Assembly: GCA_044344595.1 (NCBI GenBank)
Contig: JBIJCR010000003.1
Location: 5,960-69,959 of the forward strand
Length of the DNA: 64,000 nt
Direction of reading: 5' to 3'
Source of the DNA: Terrimicrobiaceae bacterium
GTDB taxonomy: Bacteria > Verrucomicrobiota > Verrucomicrobiia > Chthoniobacterales > Terrimicrobiaceae
The translations under genes were made by a program, and so were the position numbers. The notes beneath the pieces are model-generated. The model saw nothing but the letters and a program-made list of their open reading frames with translations. It was not told where the DNA came from and made no database searches. Of the stretch, positions 1-9,957 are shown one piece after another; position 1 is the first letter of the stretch, and each line of letters begins with the position of its first letter.

Positions 1-1119
1 GCACCGGTAGGGGATGTGGTAGTATCCGGGGGCGGGGATCTGTTCCATGTGTGTGCCGCTGCCGGTGGGGTTGTGAATATCAAGCATGTAAGCGCACGCA
101 GCCACCATGTCGTCAAACCGGGCCGGGCGCAGGCAGTCCTCAGCCGTCAGCACATAGTCACCCATAATCCGCCGACCTTCGCGCACACCCAGTTTGGTGC
201 CGACGAAATCCAACTTGGCCTCGGCAAATGCCGGATGACGCCGTAGCACGCCGATGATTTCGTTGACTTGCCGTTCTCCTTCCTTGCGGGCGGCGGCCAC
301 CGTCTCCGGTCGTGTCGGGTCCACGCCGAGCATTCGGGTGGTGTTGAATTGCAGTCCACGCCCGTCGGGATATGGAATACCGAAAATTTCCTTCTTCAGA
401 ACATGGACCTCGCCGGTCGCGATGGCGGCGTGTAAATACTCGGTCAATTCGCGATTGAAGGCGTCCATCTCCGGCCATGTCATGGGCGGTTTGCCGCCGA
501 AGTTGATATCGGTCATCCCAAAGGTTAGCGTGGCTGGTTGCAGTGCGCGATCGCTTTCCCTCCCGAGTTGAAACTCGGCCCCGGCCAGGGCGGAGAGATT
601 GCCGTCGGCGGTCGAGTCCACACATACACGTGCTTGGACCCAGCCTGCATGTGCGCCTTCCAAGCGAACCGCCTCGATCTGGCGATCAGTCTGGCGCACA
701 GCCGATACTCGGCTGCCCGTCCAGACTGTGAGATTTGACTCGGCATCAATCAGACGCCGATACGATTTCAAGAGCTCGCGGTGGTCGTAGCATTCCAGTC
801 GGGGGCCGAACCACTCTTGCGCCGGGTTTCTGTCCGGTGGTGAGGGATTGTTATAAAGCGTCGGAAAATACTCCCGGTGCAGCCCCGCATTGATCGGTCG
901 ATCATCGTGATCGCGGAACGCGCAGACCAAGGCCACCGGGGAGTGTACCCCTGTTCCGCCGATCTCTTCGTCAGCCTCCACCAGCAAGACCCGGGCTCCA
1001 GCACGCGCCGCCGCCAAGCTTGCAGAAACTCCGCCTATCCCGGCTCCAACCACGATGACATCGAATGAGGCAAGGCTGGAATCTGCTGGCCATGATGGTT
1101 TGTCGGGCTTGCTATGCAT
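1..1119 (-). CDS. FAD-dependent oxidoreductase (PF12831-like); 3' end runs off the window
   Basis: I translated the minus strand from the ATG at 1119-1117: MHSKPDKPSWPADSSLASFDVIVVGAGIGGVSASLAAARAGARVLLVEADEEIGG (GxGxxG Rossmann motif). The frame stays open for 373 codons down to position 1. It is absent from the ORF track because no stop lies inside the window. It is a paralog of the interrupted gene at 33443..34828. Confidence 0.8.
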   Translation of the reverse strand, partial: MHSKPDKPSWPADSSLASFDVIVVGAGIGGVSASLAAARAGARVLLVEADEEIGGTGVHSPVALVCAFRDHDDRPINAGLHREYFPTLYNNPSPPDRNPAQEWFGPRLECYDHRELLKSYRRLIDAESNLTVWTGSRVSAVRQTDRQIEAVRLEGAHAGWVQARVCVDSTADGNLSALAGAEFQLGRESDRALQPATLTFGMTDINFGGKPPMTWPEMDAFNRELTEYLHAAIATGEVHVLKKEIFGIPYPDGRGLQFNTTRMLGVDPTRPETVAAARKEGERQVNEIIGVLRRHPAFAEAKLDFVGTKLGVREGRRIMGDYVLTAEDCLRPARFDDMVAACAYMLDIHNPTGSGTHMEQIPAPGYYHIPYRC

Positions 1120-1144
1120 GGATAAGGTTTAGTACTGAAAAATC

Positions 1145-1174
1145 TTGTTAAAAGAAAAAATGGTTTGATATTAT
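1145..1174 (+). promoter_or_regulatory. Candidate sigma70-like promoter in the AT-rich divergent intergenic region
   Basis: TTGTTA (1145-1150), an 18-nt spacer, then TATTAT (1169-1174), about 65 nt upstream of the ATG at 1241. The 120-bp gap is far more AT-rich than its flanks. This is a pattern match only. Confidence 0.25.
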
Positions 1175-1240
1175 TTTCTGAGCGCGTTAAATCGCTTCTC
1201 TGAATTTCTCTCCACTTCAAACCATACAATTTATCTACCT

Positions 1241-4200
1241 ATGAAACTCCGCGTCCCCTCAATCGCTGTTCTCCTCCTGCTACTCGCGGCCATTGGTGCC
1301 ATCTTCCTCTTCGTTAGGGGAACCGATAAAGCTTCCGGACCAGATTCCGGAATTGCGCGCTCCGAGTCATCACCCGTTGATCCATCACCTGCCGCCCCAG
1401 CTTCCGCCGCGCCCACCGCCTCCGCCCCATCGCCCGCTGCTGCTTCTCCCAGCGTGAAGCCCTCGACAGGACCGGTCGGCGCTTCGCTGGCCAATCCTTC
1501 ATCGCCCGCCTCGCCGAGCCCGGGTTCCCCAGCGCAGGCGGGCAGTTCCGCCTTGGACCGCTACCCCAACGCCGAGGTCGTCGCGCAATCCGAGATGCCG
1601 CTTGACGGATCCGGCGCCCAGGTGCAGCGCGTGCGCATCCTGCGGACGGAATTCAAATACCCGCTGGTGCGCATTGAGGAGACGGTGACCCGCACGGCCG
1701 GTGCGGAAAAAGTGACCGATTCGAAAGAAATGGTGGCCGATCATTTGATGGTGAAGCGTTCGCCCGAGGTGACCGAGGAAGCGTTTATTGCGGCGATCAC
1801 CGACGAAGGCGGTACGATCCGGAAAAAAATCCGCGGTGCGGACGGTGTTTACCTTGTGGCCTTCCCCGGGGAAGACACCGAGGCGCTTCCGGCAGCATTG
1901 CAAAAGTTCAGCACGGTGTCGGCCGCTTATGCTGAACCGGACTATATCGTCCGCTCCTTGCGCACGCCGAACGACGCAAGCTATCGGCAGCTCTGGGGAA
2001 TGCACAACGAAGGCCTGTTCCCTCAACGCTTTGGCACGGTAAGTGCTGGCGGCTTGGAATGGGTAGGTTTCACACTTCGTTACTCGGGTGTTGCGCCGGA
2101 ACCGGGCGTGACGGGCACAGTCTACGATTGTAAACTCGGGTATGAAGGGGATTTCCCCGAAGGCGTGCGCGGTAATATTGCCCTGATCCTGCGCGGGGAA
2201 ATCAGCTTTGAGCAGAAGGCGAGAAACGCCATGGCGGCCGGCGCAAAGGCCGTGATATTCTACAACAATGTGGCACAAGAATTGGAAGTTGCAACGCTCG
2301 GCACGCCCGACCCTTCTTGGCCGCCGGCCTTCATCCTTTCGGGTAGGAATGGCAATGCGCTGAAGGCTCTGGGCCAAGTGACAGCCACGATGGTGATCAG
2401 TGGTTCCTTGCCGGACGCCGACATTGACGCACCCGAGGCATGGGAAATCAACACCGGCAGCCGCGACATCTTGGTCGCCGTGCTCGACACGGGGGTCTTT
2501 TACCCCCATCCCGACCTTGCGGCCAACATGTGGACCAACCCCGGCGAATCGGGCCTCGACGCCGACGGCTTGGACAAGAGCACCAACGGCCTCGACGACG
2601 ACGGCAATGGCTACATCGACGATCTACGGGGTTGGGATTTCGTCAACAACGACAACGACCCGATGGACGACAACTTCCACGGGACCCACTGCGCGGGGAC
2701 GATCGGAGCGGTGGGAAACAACGGGCTAGGCGTCGCCGGCGTCTGCTGGGAGGTGTCGCTGGTCGGCCTGAAGTTTCTCGGTGCCAACGGTGGCGGCGCT
2801 CTCTCAGACGCTGTCGAAGCGGTTTTTTACTCAAATACACTCGGCGGCGACGCCCAGAAAAAAATCACCTCGAACTCTTGGGGCGGAGGCCCCTACACGC
2901 AGACTTTGGCAGACGCGATCGCCGCGGCCAACGAGAAAGAGATTCTCTTCATCGCGGCCGCTGGCAATGCTGACTCGAACAATGATATCACCCCCACCTA
3001 TCCGACCAATTATGACTTCCCGAATGTGATTTCCGTCGCCGCCACCGACCCGAACGATGAGTTGGCCGGTTTTTCCAATTTCGGTGCGACGACCGTTGAT
3101 CTCGCCGCCCCGGGCGTACAAACTTTCAGTACCTTTCCCGGCGGCGCCTATGCACCTATCAGCGGCACCTCGATGGCCACGCCCCATGTCGCCGGCACGG
3201 CTGCTCTCTTGTGGAGCTTCAGTCCGGAGCTTACCCCGGCGGAGATCAAAAGCGCCATTCTCGGCAGTGTCGATCCTTTGCCCGCCTTGGCGGACAAGTG
3301 CACCACTGGCGGGCGTCTCAATGCATTCAAAGCACTCTCCGCGGTTGGCATGGCTGTGAAATCCTCCACGCCCGTCCCGGGTTCGGTCCTGTTCTCCCAG
3401 CCCGTCGAATTCGTGGTTAACTTCAGTTTCTCCTACGCGCCCGCCTCGGTCGACGCCTCGGACTTCACGGTGAACGGAATCCCCGCCGATTCGTTTGTCC
3501 TCACGGATAGCGACACGGTGACATTTCGTTTCAACAGCACACCTGTCGGCCCGCAGGGTCAGTATACGATGGCGATGGCTTTCGGCGCGGTCAACCGCCT
3601 GCTCGACGACCTCGAGCTGAATGCATGGAGCGAAACATTTCGATATGACGCGGACGCCCTCACGGTCACTTCCACCTTGCCCGCGGATGGGGCCACCGTT
3701 TCGCTGCCGTTCACCACGCTCACTCTGAATTTCAACGAGGCGATCGACCCCGACAGCGTGGACGCGGCGGACTTCCGACTCAGCCAAGGCGCGGTGACCG
3801 GCGTGACCGTGGTGGACTCCGACACTGTGGAACTGGCATTGGTGAACATCGTTAAAGAGGGGACGCTCACTTTCACTATCCCCGCCGGGCGCATTACCGA
3901 CACATTTGGCAACCCGAACGTTGCTTACTCCGGCACCTATGAGCCAGACCTTGCCACAGTCGAGCTGCCTGCGGAAATCGCGGCGGTCGAACCGCGCGGC
4001 AGCATGGTTTTCGGCGCCACCCAAGCAGGCAGCATCACGACAGCCACGGACACCGACGGCTTCGGCATCCCGCTCGATGCGGGACAAATCCTCACCGTGC
4101 TCGCCGACCCCTCGGCGGGATTGCGGCCGACGGTCGAATTGCGCGACGCTTCGAATAATGTTGTCGCCACCGCAACTGCCGCAGGCGCCGGTCAGGACGC

Positions 4201-7200
4201 CGTGATCCAAGCCCATCCGATCTCCACCCCGGGTGTGTTTACCATCGTCGTGAGGGGTGCAGGAGGATCCAAGGGCACCTACACGCTGCGCCCGGTCATC
4301 AACGCCGTCCTCGAAGCCGAGAACCACGACGGCCCCGCGAACGACTCGCGCGCAGCCTCGCAGAGTCTGAACGCCGCGTTCATCCTTCCCGGCGGTCCTG
4401 TGGCCACGGCGACCGTGCTCGGCGAGACGCCGGAGGACTGGTTCAGCTTCACCCTGGGTGCCGGAGATAAGCTCAGCGCGACGCTCAAGACCTCCGGAGA
4501 CTCGGCGTTGGAAATCTATGACGGCACAGGCGCGCTGCTCGCCCGCAGTGTGGCCGGCCGGTTCAACGTTACCGAATTTATCGAAAAATATGTGGCCGGA
4601 TCCGCCGGCACCTACCATGCCCGGGTGATGGGAACGACCGGTTCCTACGCGCTCGTGCTGACGAAAAACGCGGCGTCCGACCTTGAGCAGAATGACAGCC
4701 ACGCCGCGGCTCAGGAAATCACCGGATACCCTGCGGCCTCGGGGGCAATCGTCCCCGGTGTCGGATTGTTTGCTGTGGAAAGTTGGAATGATTGGGATGA
4801 TACCACCCGGGCGCGCATCCACACGCTGGACCCGGTGACCGGCGCGATTATCAGAAGCTTCGATGCCCCGCAGCACCCAGAGGTAACAGTTCCCTACGGT
4901 GTCAACCTCGCCCATGACGGCACAAATTTGTGGTACTTACACATGTGGGACGCCGCAGACCCGACGGAACAGATTACTTTAAAGAAAACCATTCACAAGC
5001 TCAATGCCCTGACCGGAGAGAAGCTCGGATCGATCATCCATACCCCCGCACCAGACTTTGACATCACTGAAGCGCCCTATGGCCTCGCCTATGTCCGCGG
5101 GGAACTCTTCGTCGCAGACGGTACCAAGATCGATGTCTATTCGATCGCCACCGGCCAGTGGGTGCGGAGCATTGACTCGCCGATAGAGTTCAGGGCGTCC
5201 AACTTTGTGGGATTGGCTGGTGACAATGCCAACAACCACCTTTACGGCATCTCGCAAAGAGATAACAAAATCTACCGCATCGACCCCTCCGATGGAGCGC
5301 TCCTCGCCTCCTCCCCCGAGAACTTCCCATTGGGTCTCGTGCAGGGTATGGCCGTGGTCGCTGACGAGATTTTTATCTCAGCGATCGATGCCCTCTTAAC
5401 CAATTCCATGACGATCGACGTCTATGACCGGCTTACCTTTGAATTCAAGAGACGCATGCGCATTGCCATACCGAGGTTCATCGCCGGTCTGGGTGGCGAT
5501 GGAGCGGGAACCACAGACGACTGGTTCAGCTTCCGCGTGAATGAGGGCGATACCCTCGCCCTGGCGACCACAACACCCTTCGGGGAACCGCAGTCGCCTT
5601 ATTTCATCAACAACCCGCTCGACCCGCAGATCGAGCTCTACAGCCCTGAGAACACCTTGCTCGCGAGCAACGACAACGGTGCTGCCGACGGAAAAAACTC
5701 CGTGCTTTCGCACACGGCCACCGCCACCGGCCTCTACCGCGCCCGGGTGCGCGGTCTCAATCGCACCACGGGCGAATACGTCCTCACTGTGACCGGTGCG
5801 ACCGGCACCGCACCTGTTCCCCAGCTCGAGGCTGCCACACCGGCAAACGGTGACTTCCTCAAGGTCACGCCCACGGAGATCACGATCAATTTCGGTGCAC
5901 CCATCCTCCTCAGTTCGCTCCAGGCCAGCGACCTCACCGTGGATGGCGTCGCTGCGACTTCTTTCAGGATCGTGGACGGCGACACCGTCATCTTCACCCT
6001 GCCCACGGTCGGCGAGGGAGTCCGCAACGTTGCCATCGCTGCCGGGGCTATCCTTGCGGCAGACGGCACCGCGTTTGCAGGTTTCACATCGCAGTTCACC
6101 GTTGACCTCCGCGCGCCGCGGGTGATCTCGACTACTGTCCAGGAAAACGACTCGGTGCCGACCGGCAACCTCACCATTGCCATCCAGTTTAGCGAACGCC
6201 TCAAATCTGAAAACATCGACGCTACGGATTTCCTTCTCAGCGGCCCTCTCACGGGCAGACCCGAGGCCTCGTCCTTCAGCTACAATGCCAATACCTCGAC
6301 ACTCACGATCCAATACACGGGACTGGTCACCGAGGATCTCCTCACCTTCACGCTCCGCAGCGGGGATGGTAGGTTCGAGGATCCTGCGGGTAATGACCTC
6401 GACGGCGAATCCGTATTTCCCATGCCGCCGAACGAGTCTGGCGATGGCGTTGCCGGCGGCGACTTTGTCGTGAACTTCTTCGTGGACCAGGCCGGAGTTG
6501 GAGCACTCCCGGCGTTCACCGCGAGCGAACCGCGCGGCAGCCTTGCCTATACCTCGTCGAAGAGCGCCATGATCGCGCTGCCCGGCGATGCGGACAGCTA
6601 CACCTTCACGCTCGCCGCGGGCCAGACCCTTGCCGCCGCGGTGCGTCCAAACTCGACGTTACGCCCGGCGATCACTGTCACCGGCCCGGGCGGTAGCATG
6701 GGCAACGCCACGGCGACAGCCGCAGGGCAGGGGGCCTTGGTCCAAGCTGTGACTGCAGCCACGGCCGGCAACTATACGATCACCGTCACGGGTGCGGCGT
6801 CCACGACCGGATCCTACACAGTGGAGGCCGTGCTCAACGCCCTCGCCGAGGTGGAGAGCCGCAGCGGCGCAGATAATAATACCACCGCCAAAGCGCAGAA
6901 CATTGCAGCCAGTGCGCTCTCGCCGGCTCCCGGCGCTTCCCGCCTTGCCGTGGACGGGCGTGGCGATGGTATCAGCACCGAGGTGATTACCCCCGACAGC
7001 TTTGGCTATCACGCCGCGATGATCGGACACCGCTTCGAAGACATCAGCAAAACGGGCAACCGCTTGGTCATCGAACGTGACGATTTTGGTTATGCCATTG
7101 GCAACAGTATTTCCGCCACCGACCTCGCTGGCTTCACATTCCCGCTTTATGGCACGAATCACTCCAGCCTCTACATCAACGCCGAAGAGGGCTTGATCAC

Positions 7201-9862
7201 CTTCGGCGCCCCCTACAACTCGTTCTTTTGGGGTAATGTAGGGGACAAGGACCTCAGCATTTATCCTGTAACTCCCAGCATCGCCGTCCTGTGGAATCCT
7301 TGCCAGGTAGATCATTGGACGGGGCCGAACCTCGACCCGAATACAGGCGTTTACTGGCAGGTCCTCGGCTCGGGCGCAGACCGCCGACTCGTCATCCAAT
7401 GGCACAAAGTAGCTCACTGGCCTTCCCAGTATGTGCCAAACCCGACACCCATCACCTTTCAGGCTGTGCTCTACGCCAGCGGCGATATCGAGTTCAACTA
7501 CCCCGATCTCGACATTGCGCCGACTTCCGTTTATCAGGAGGGCATTTTAGCCGGTGTGGGAATCAAGGATGCCGGCACGCAGAGCCTCAAGCCGGCCTCG
7601 AAGCGCCTCTTGGTGAAGATGGGCAGGGGGAATAGCAGTCCGCCGATAGATAAGCTTCGCAGCGCCTATGTTGGCTCTGGCAAAAGCGTCCGAATCTCAA
7701 CCGGCATCGTCGCATCGCCCGGCGCGGATCATTTTGCCCTGCCTCTGACTGCGGGCGAAAAAGCCACCCTCGTCATCAACGGCGGTACAAGCACCGTGCT
7801 GGAGCTTCTCAACAGCGCTGGGGCGGTTGTGGCCACCGGCACCTCCGGCGCGACCAATCTCGCCCGGGCCATCCTTGATTACACGGTACCTTCGACCGGC
7901 ACCTACCAAGCAAGAGTCCGCGCCACCCTCGAGAGCCGATACACGCTCACCGCGCTCCGCGCGGGCGGCGGCATCGACCTCGAAGCCAACGACACCACCG
8001 GCACCGCTCAGGAGCTTAAACCCGTGATCTTCGGCGACACCACCGGCGGTGCGGATCATTACAAGGTGCTTCTGGCTCCGGGAGATACCATCGCGCTCCA
8101 GACCTACACACCCGCCGTCGGTGGGGGCGCAACTACAAACAATCTCGACCCGCGTATCGACGTCTATGACAGCACCGGTGCGCTGGTGGCTGGCAACGAC
8201 AATGGCGCAACCGACGGACGCAACGCCCTCGTCTCCTACACCGCCGCGGCCCCCGGCTTGCATTACATACGCGTGAGCGGCGCCTCCGGGGCCGGGGAGT
8301 ATTTGCTCACCGCATCCTATGCGGTTCGCACCCTGCCGGGCATCACCATATCCAGCCCGGGTAATGCGAACGTGAGTGTTCCCGCGAACGTTGGTCTGAT
8401 TCTCGAAGGTGCGGTCACGAGCAATAGCACGCCTCCCGGCACGGTCACCGCGACCTGGTCGAAGGTTTCGGGTCCGGGCACGGTCACGTTCGGCGACGCG
8501 GCCGCTGCTAACACCACGGCCAAGTTTTCCGCCAATGGCACTTACGTCCTCCGCCTCACGGCCGACGAAGCCGGCGTCCCGAACACCCGCGACCTCACAG
8601 TCAACGTGGGTGCAACGTCTCTCGTTTGGACCGGCCAAGACATCGGCGCCGTGGCTGCCGCGGGCAGCTACAGCGAGTCCGGTGGCGCCTTCACTGTGAA
8701 AGGTTCGGGTGCCGAGATCACCGGAACCAAGGATGAATTCCAATACGTCCACGTCCCTCTCACAGGAGATGGCGAGATGATTGTGCGCGTGGCTAGCTTG
8801 GTTACTCCGACCCCTTCCGCGCAGGCCAAAGCCGGCGTCATGATCCGCGAAACCACCGAAACCGGCTCAAGACATGCATCCTTGTTGATAAGCTCACGCA
8901 ACACGGATATCCCAGCCTTACTCCGGAGCCGCGCGGTCACCAACGGCACGGGTGCAAGCGTCACCATCTCCAACATGACCAGGCCGATCTGGCTGAAAAT
9001 CGTGCGGACCGGCAACACGTTGGCCGGATATACTTCGCCGGATGGCGTGACTTGGACCCAAGCGGGCTCGAATCTCAGCATCACGATGAATGCCAGCGTG
9101 CGCATCGGCCTCGCTGTCACCAGTGCCAACGACGGCACCCTCTGCACCGCGGTGTTCGACAACATCAGCACCACCGCCGGCATCTTTAACGTCGGAGCCA
9201 GCGTGAACGCCGGTGCGGACGCCACCATCAACAGCGAGGCCTCCACCGCTCTGGACGCCACCGTGACCGACGACGGGCGTCCGGCGCCGCTAGCCGTCGC
9301 GTGGAGCAAAGTCTCTGGCCCGGGCACGGTGACCTTCGGCAGCGACACGGCCATCGACACCACCGCCACGTTCAGCGAACCAGGCGATTACGTCCTGCGT
9401 CTCACCGCGAACGACGGCTGGGTGAAGACGTTCGACGAGGTGAGCGTGATCGTCCGTTCGACCGCGACCCCCGGGGACGCTTGGCGAGAGGCACTCTTTG
9501 GTACTACGGAAAATAGTGGCGTCGCCGCCGACTCGGCCGACCCTGACGGGGATGGTATGGTCAACCTTCTCGAGCGAGCGCTGGGATCTGATCCGAATTC
9601 GCGGTCGAGTGCCGACCTCCCTGTGTCTTCTCGCGAGATCGTTGATGGCGATGAATTCCTTGCCCTCACGATCCAAAAATCGCCAGATGCCACAGACGTC
9701 ACCTTCATTGTCGAGGTTAGCGCTGATCTCGCTACTTGGAACTCCGGCTCGGGACATACAACAATCATCGAGAATACCTCGACCATGCTGAAAGTCCGCG
9801 ACAACACGCCAATGCGAAGTGCCGCCAAGCGGTTCATTCGACTCCGCGTCACCAGCCCGTAG
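1241..9862 (+). CDS. Giant membrane-anchored/secreted S8 subtilase with PA-like insert, many Ig-like and PPC-type modules, and a PKD/LamG-like/PKD block
   Basis: 2873-aa ORF. It has an N-terminal hydrophobic anchor (SIAVLLLLLAAIGAIFLFV), a Pro/Ala/Ser linker and an I9-like propeptide. It carries a PA-like segment (NIALILRGEISFEQKARNAMAAGAKAVIFYNN). The subtilase triad motifs are VLDTG (Asp codon 2486-2488), HGTHCAG (His 2678-2680) and GTSMATPHVAG (Ser 3170-3172). Downstream there are repeated DWFSF...GxYxxxV PPC-like units and a C-terminal DxDxDG module. Confidence 0.9.
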   Translation: MKLRVPSIAVLLLLLAAIGAIFLFVRGTDKASGPDSGIARSESSPVDPSPAAPASAAPTASAPSPAAASPSVKPSTGPVGASLANPSSPASPSPGSPAQAGSSALDRYPNAEVVAQSEMPLDGSGAQVQRVRILRTEFKYPLVRIEETVTRTAGAEKVTDSKEMVADHLMVKRSPEVTEEAFIAAITDEGGTIRKKIRGADGVYLVAFPGEDTEALPAALQKFSTVSAAYAEPDYIVRSLRTPNDASYRQLWGMHNEGLFPQRFGTVSAGGLEWVGFTLRYSGVAPEPGVTGTVYDCKLGYEGDFPEGVRGNIALILRGEISFEQKARNAMAAGAKAVIFYNNVAQELEVATLGTPDPSWPPAFILSGRNGNALKALGQVTATMVISGSLPDADIDAPEAWEINTGSRDILVAVLDTGVFYPHPDLAANMWTNPGESGLDADGLDKSTNGLDDDGNGYIDDLRGWDFVNNDNDPMDDNFHGTHCAGTIGAVGNNGLGVAGVCWEVSLVGLKFLGANGGGALSDAVEAVFYSNTLGGDAQKKITSNSWGGGPYTQTLADAIAAANEKEILFIAAAGNADSNNDITPTYPTNYDFPNVISVAATDPNDELAGFSNFGATTVDLAAPGVQTFSTFPGGAYAPISGTSMATPHVAGTAALLWSFSPELTPAEIKSAILGSVDPLPALADKCTTGGRLNAFKALSAVGMAVKSSTPVPGSVLFSQPVEFVVNFSFSYAPASVDASDFTVNGIPADSFVLTDSDTVTFRFNSTPVGPQGQYTMAMAFGAVNRLLDDLELNAWSETFRYDADALTVTSTLPADGATVSLPFTTLTLNFNEAIDPDSVDAADFRLSQGAVTGVTVVDSDTVELALVNIVKEGTLTFTIPAGRITDTFGNPNVAYSGTYEPDLATVELPAEIAAVEPRGSMVFGATQAGSITTATDTDGFGIPLDAGQILTVLADPSAGLRPTVELRDASNNVVATATAAGAGQDAVIQAHPISTPGVFTIVVRGAGGSKGTYTLRPVINAVLEAENHDGPANDSRAASQSLNAAFILPGGPVATATVLGETPEDWFSFTLGAGDKLSATLKTSGDSALEIYDGTGALLARSVAGRFNVTEFIEKYVAGSAGTYHARVMGTTGSYALVLTKNAASDLEQNDSHAAAQEITGYPAASGAIVPGVGLFAVESWNDWDDTTRARIHTLDPVTGAIIRSFDAPQHPEVTVPYGVNLAHDGTNLWYLHMWDAADPTEQITLKKTIHKLNALTGEKLGSIIHTPAPDFDITEAPYGLAYVRGELFVADGTKIDVYSIATGQWVRSIDSPIEFRASNFVGLAGDNANNHLYGISQRDNKIYRIDPSDGALLASSPENFPLGLVQGMAVVADEIFISAIDALLTNSMTIDVYDRLTFEFKRRMRIAIPRFIAGLGGDGAGTTDDWFSFRVNEGDTLALATTTPFGEPQSPYFINNPLDPQIELYSPENTLLASNDNGAADGKNSVLSHTATATGLYRARVRGLNRTTGEYVLTVTGATGTAPVPQLEAATPANGDFLKVTPTEITINFGAPILLSSLQASDLTVDGVAATSFRIVDGDTVIFTLPTVGEGVRNVAIAAGAILAADGTAFAGFTSQFTVDLRAPRVISTTVQENDSVPTGNLTIAIQFSERLKSENIDATDFLLSGPLTGRPEASSFSYNANTSTLTIQYTGLVTEDLLTFTLRSGDGRFEDPAGNDLDGESVFPMPPNESGDGVAGGDFVVNFFVDQAGVGALPAFTASEPRGSLAYTSSKSAMIALPGDADSYTFTLAAGQTLAAAVRPNSTLRPAITVTGPGGSMGNATATAAGQGALVQAVTAATAGNYTITVTGAASTTGSYTVEAVLNALAEVESRSGADNNTTAKAQNIAASALSPAPGASRLAVDGRGDGISTEVITPDSFGYHAAMIGHRFEDISKTGNRLVIERDDFGYAIGNSISATDLAGFTFPLYGTNHSSLYINAEEGLITFGAPYNSFFWGNVGDKDLSIYPVTPSIAVLWNPCQVDHWTGPNLDPNTGVYWQVLGSGADRRLVIQWHKVAHWPSQYVPNPTPITFQAVLYASGDIEFNYPDLDIAPTSVYQEGILAGVGIKDAGTQSLKPASKRLLVKMGRGNSSPPIDKLRSAYVGSGKSVRISTGIVASPGADHFALPLTAGEKATLVINGGTSTVLELLNSAGAVVATGTSGATNLARAILDYTVPSTGTYQARVRATLESRYTLTALRAGGGIDLEANDTTGTAQELKPVIFGDTTGGADHYKVLLAPGDTIALQTYTPAVGGGATTNNLDPRIDVYDSTGALVAGNDNGATDGRNALVSYTAAAPGLHYIRVSGASGAGEYLLTASYAVRTLPGITISSPGNANVSVPANVGLILEGAVTSNSTPPGTVTATWSKVSGPGTVTFGDAAAANTTAKFSANGTYVLRLTADEAGVPNTRDLTVNVGATSLVWTGQDIGAVAAAGSYSESGGAFTVKGSGAEITGTKDEFQYVHVPLTGDGEMIVRVASLVTPTPSAQAKAGVMIRETTETGSRHASLLISSRNTDIPALLRSRAVTNGTGASVTISNMTRPIWLKIVRTGNTLAGYTSPDGVTWTQAGSNLSITMNASVRIGLAVTSANDGTLCTAVFDNISTTAGIFNVGASVNAGADATINSEASTALDATVTDDGRPAPLAVAWSKVSGPGTVTFGSDTAIDTTATFSEPGDYVLRLTANDGWVKTFDEVSVIVRSTATPGDAWREALFGTTENSGVAADSADPDGDGMVNLLERALGSDPNSRSSADLPVSSREIVDGDEFLALTIQKSPDATDVTFIVEVSADLATWNSGSGHTTIIENTSTMLKVRDNTPMRSAAKRFIRLRVTSP

Positions 9863-9957
9863 CCTGACTGTCACGGGCCACGGCACCAGCTATTCAGGAA
9901 TGCAACGCGGATGACAACAGGAGTCCAAATAGCTTGCTTACAGCGGGCGATTCGGAC

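Noticed and set aside
1340-1556. Pro/Ala/Ser-rich low-complexity stretch at the start of the subtilase; considered as a DNA-level tandem repeat.
   Set aside because: I could find no regular nucleotide period. It reads as a compositionally biased linker between the membrane anchor and the propeptide.
2831-4915. 694-aa minus-strand ORF antisense to the subtilase gene. Similar long antisense ORFs lie at 1499..2509, 5396..6313, 7697..8752 and 9290..9886.
   Set aside because: These are typical high-GC antisense open frames. Their composition is Arg/Gly/Ala/Val-rich with no motifs. They are fully contained in a plus-strand gene that has clear catalytic motifs.
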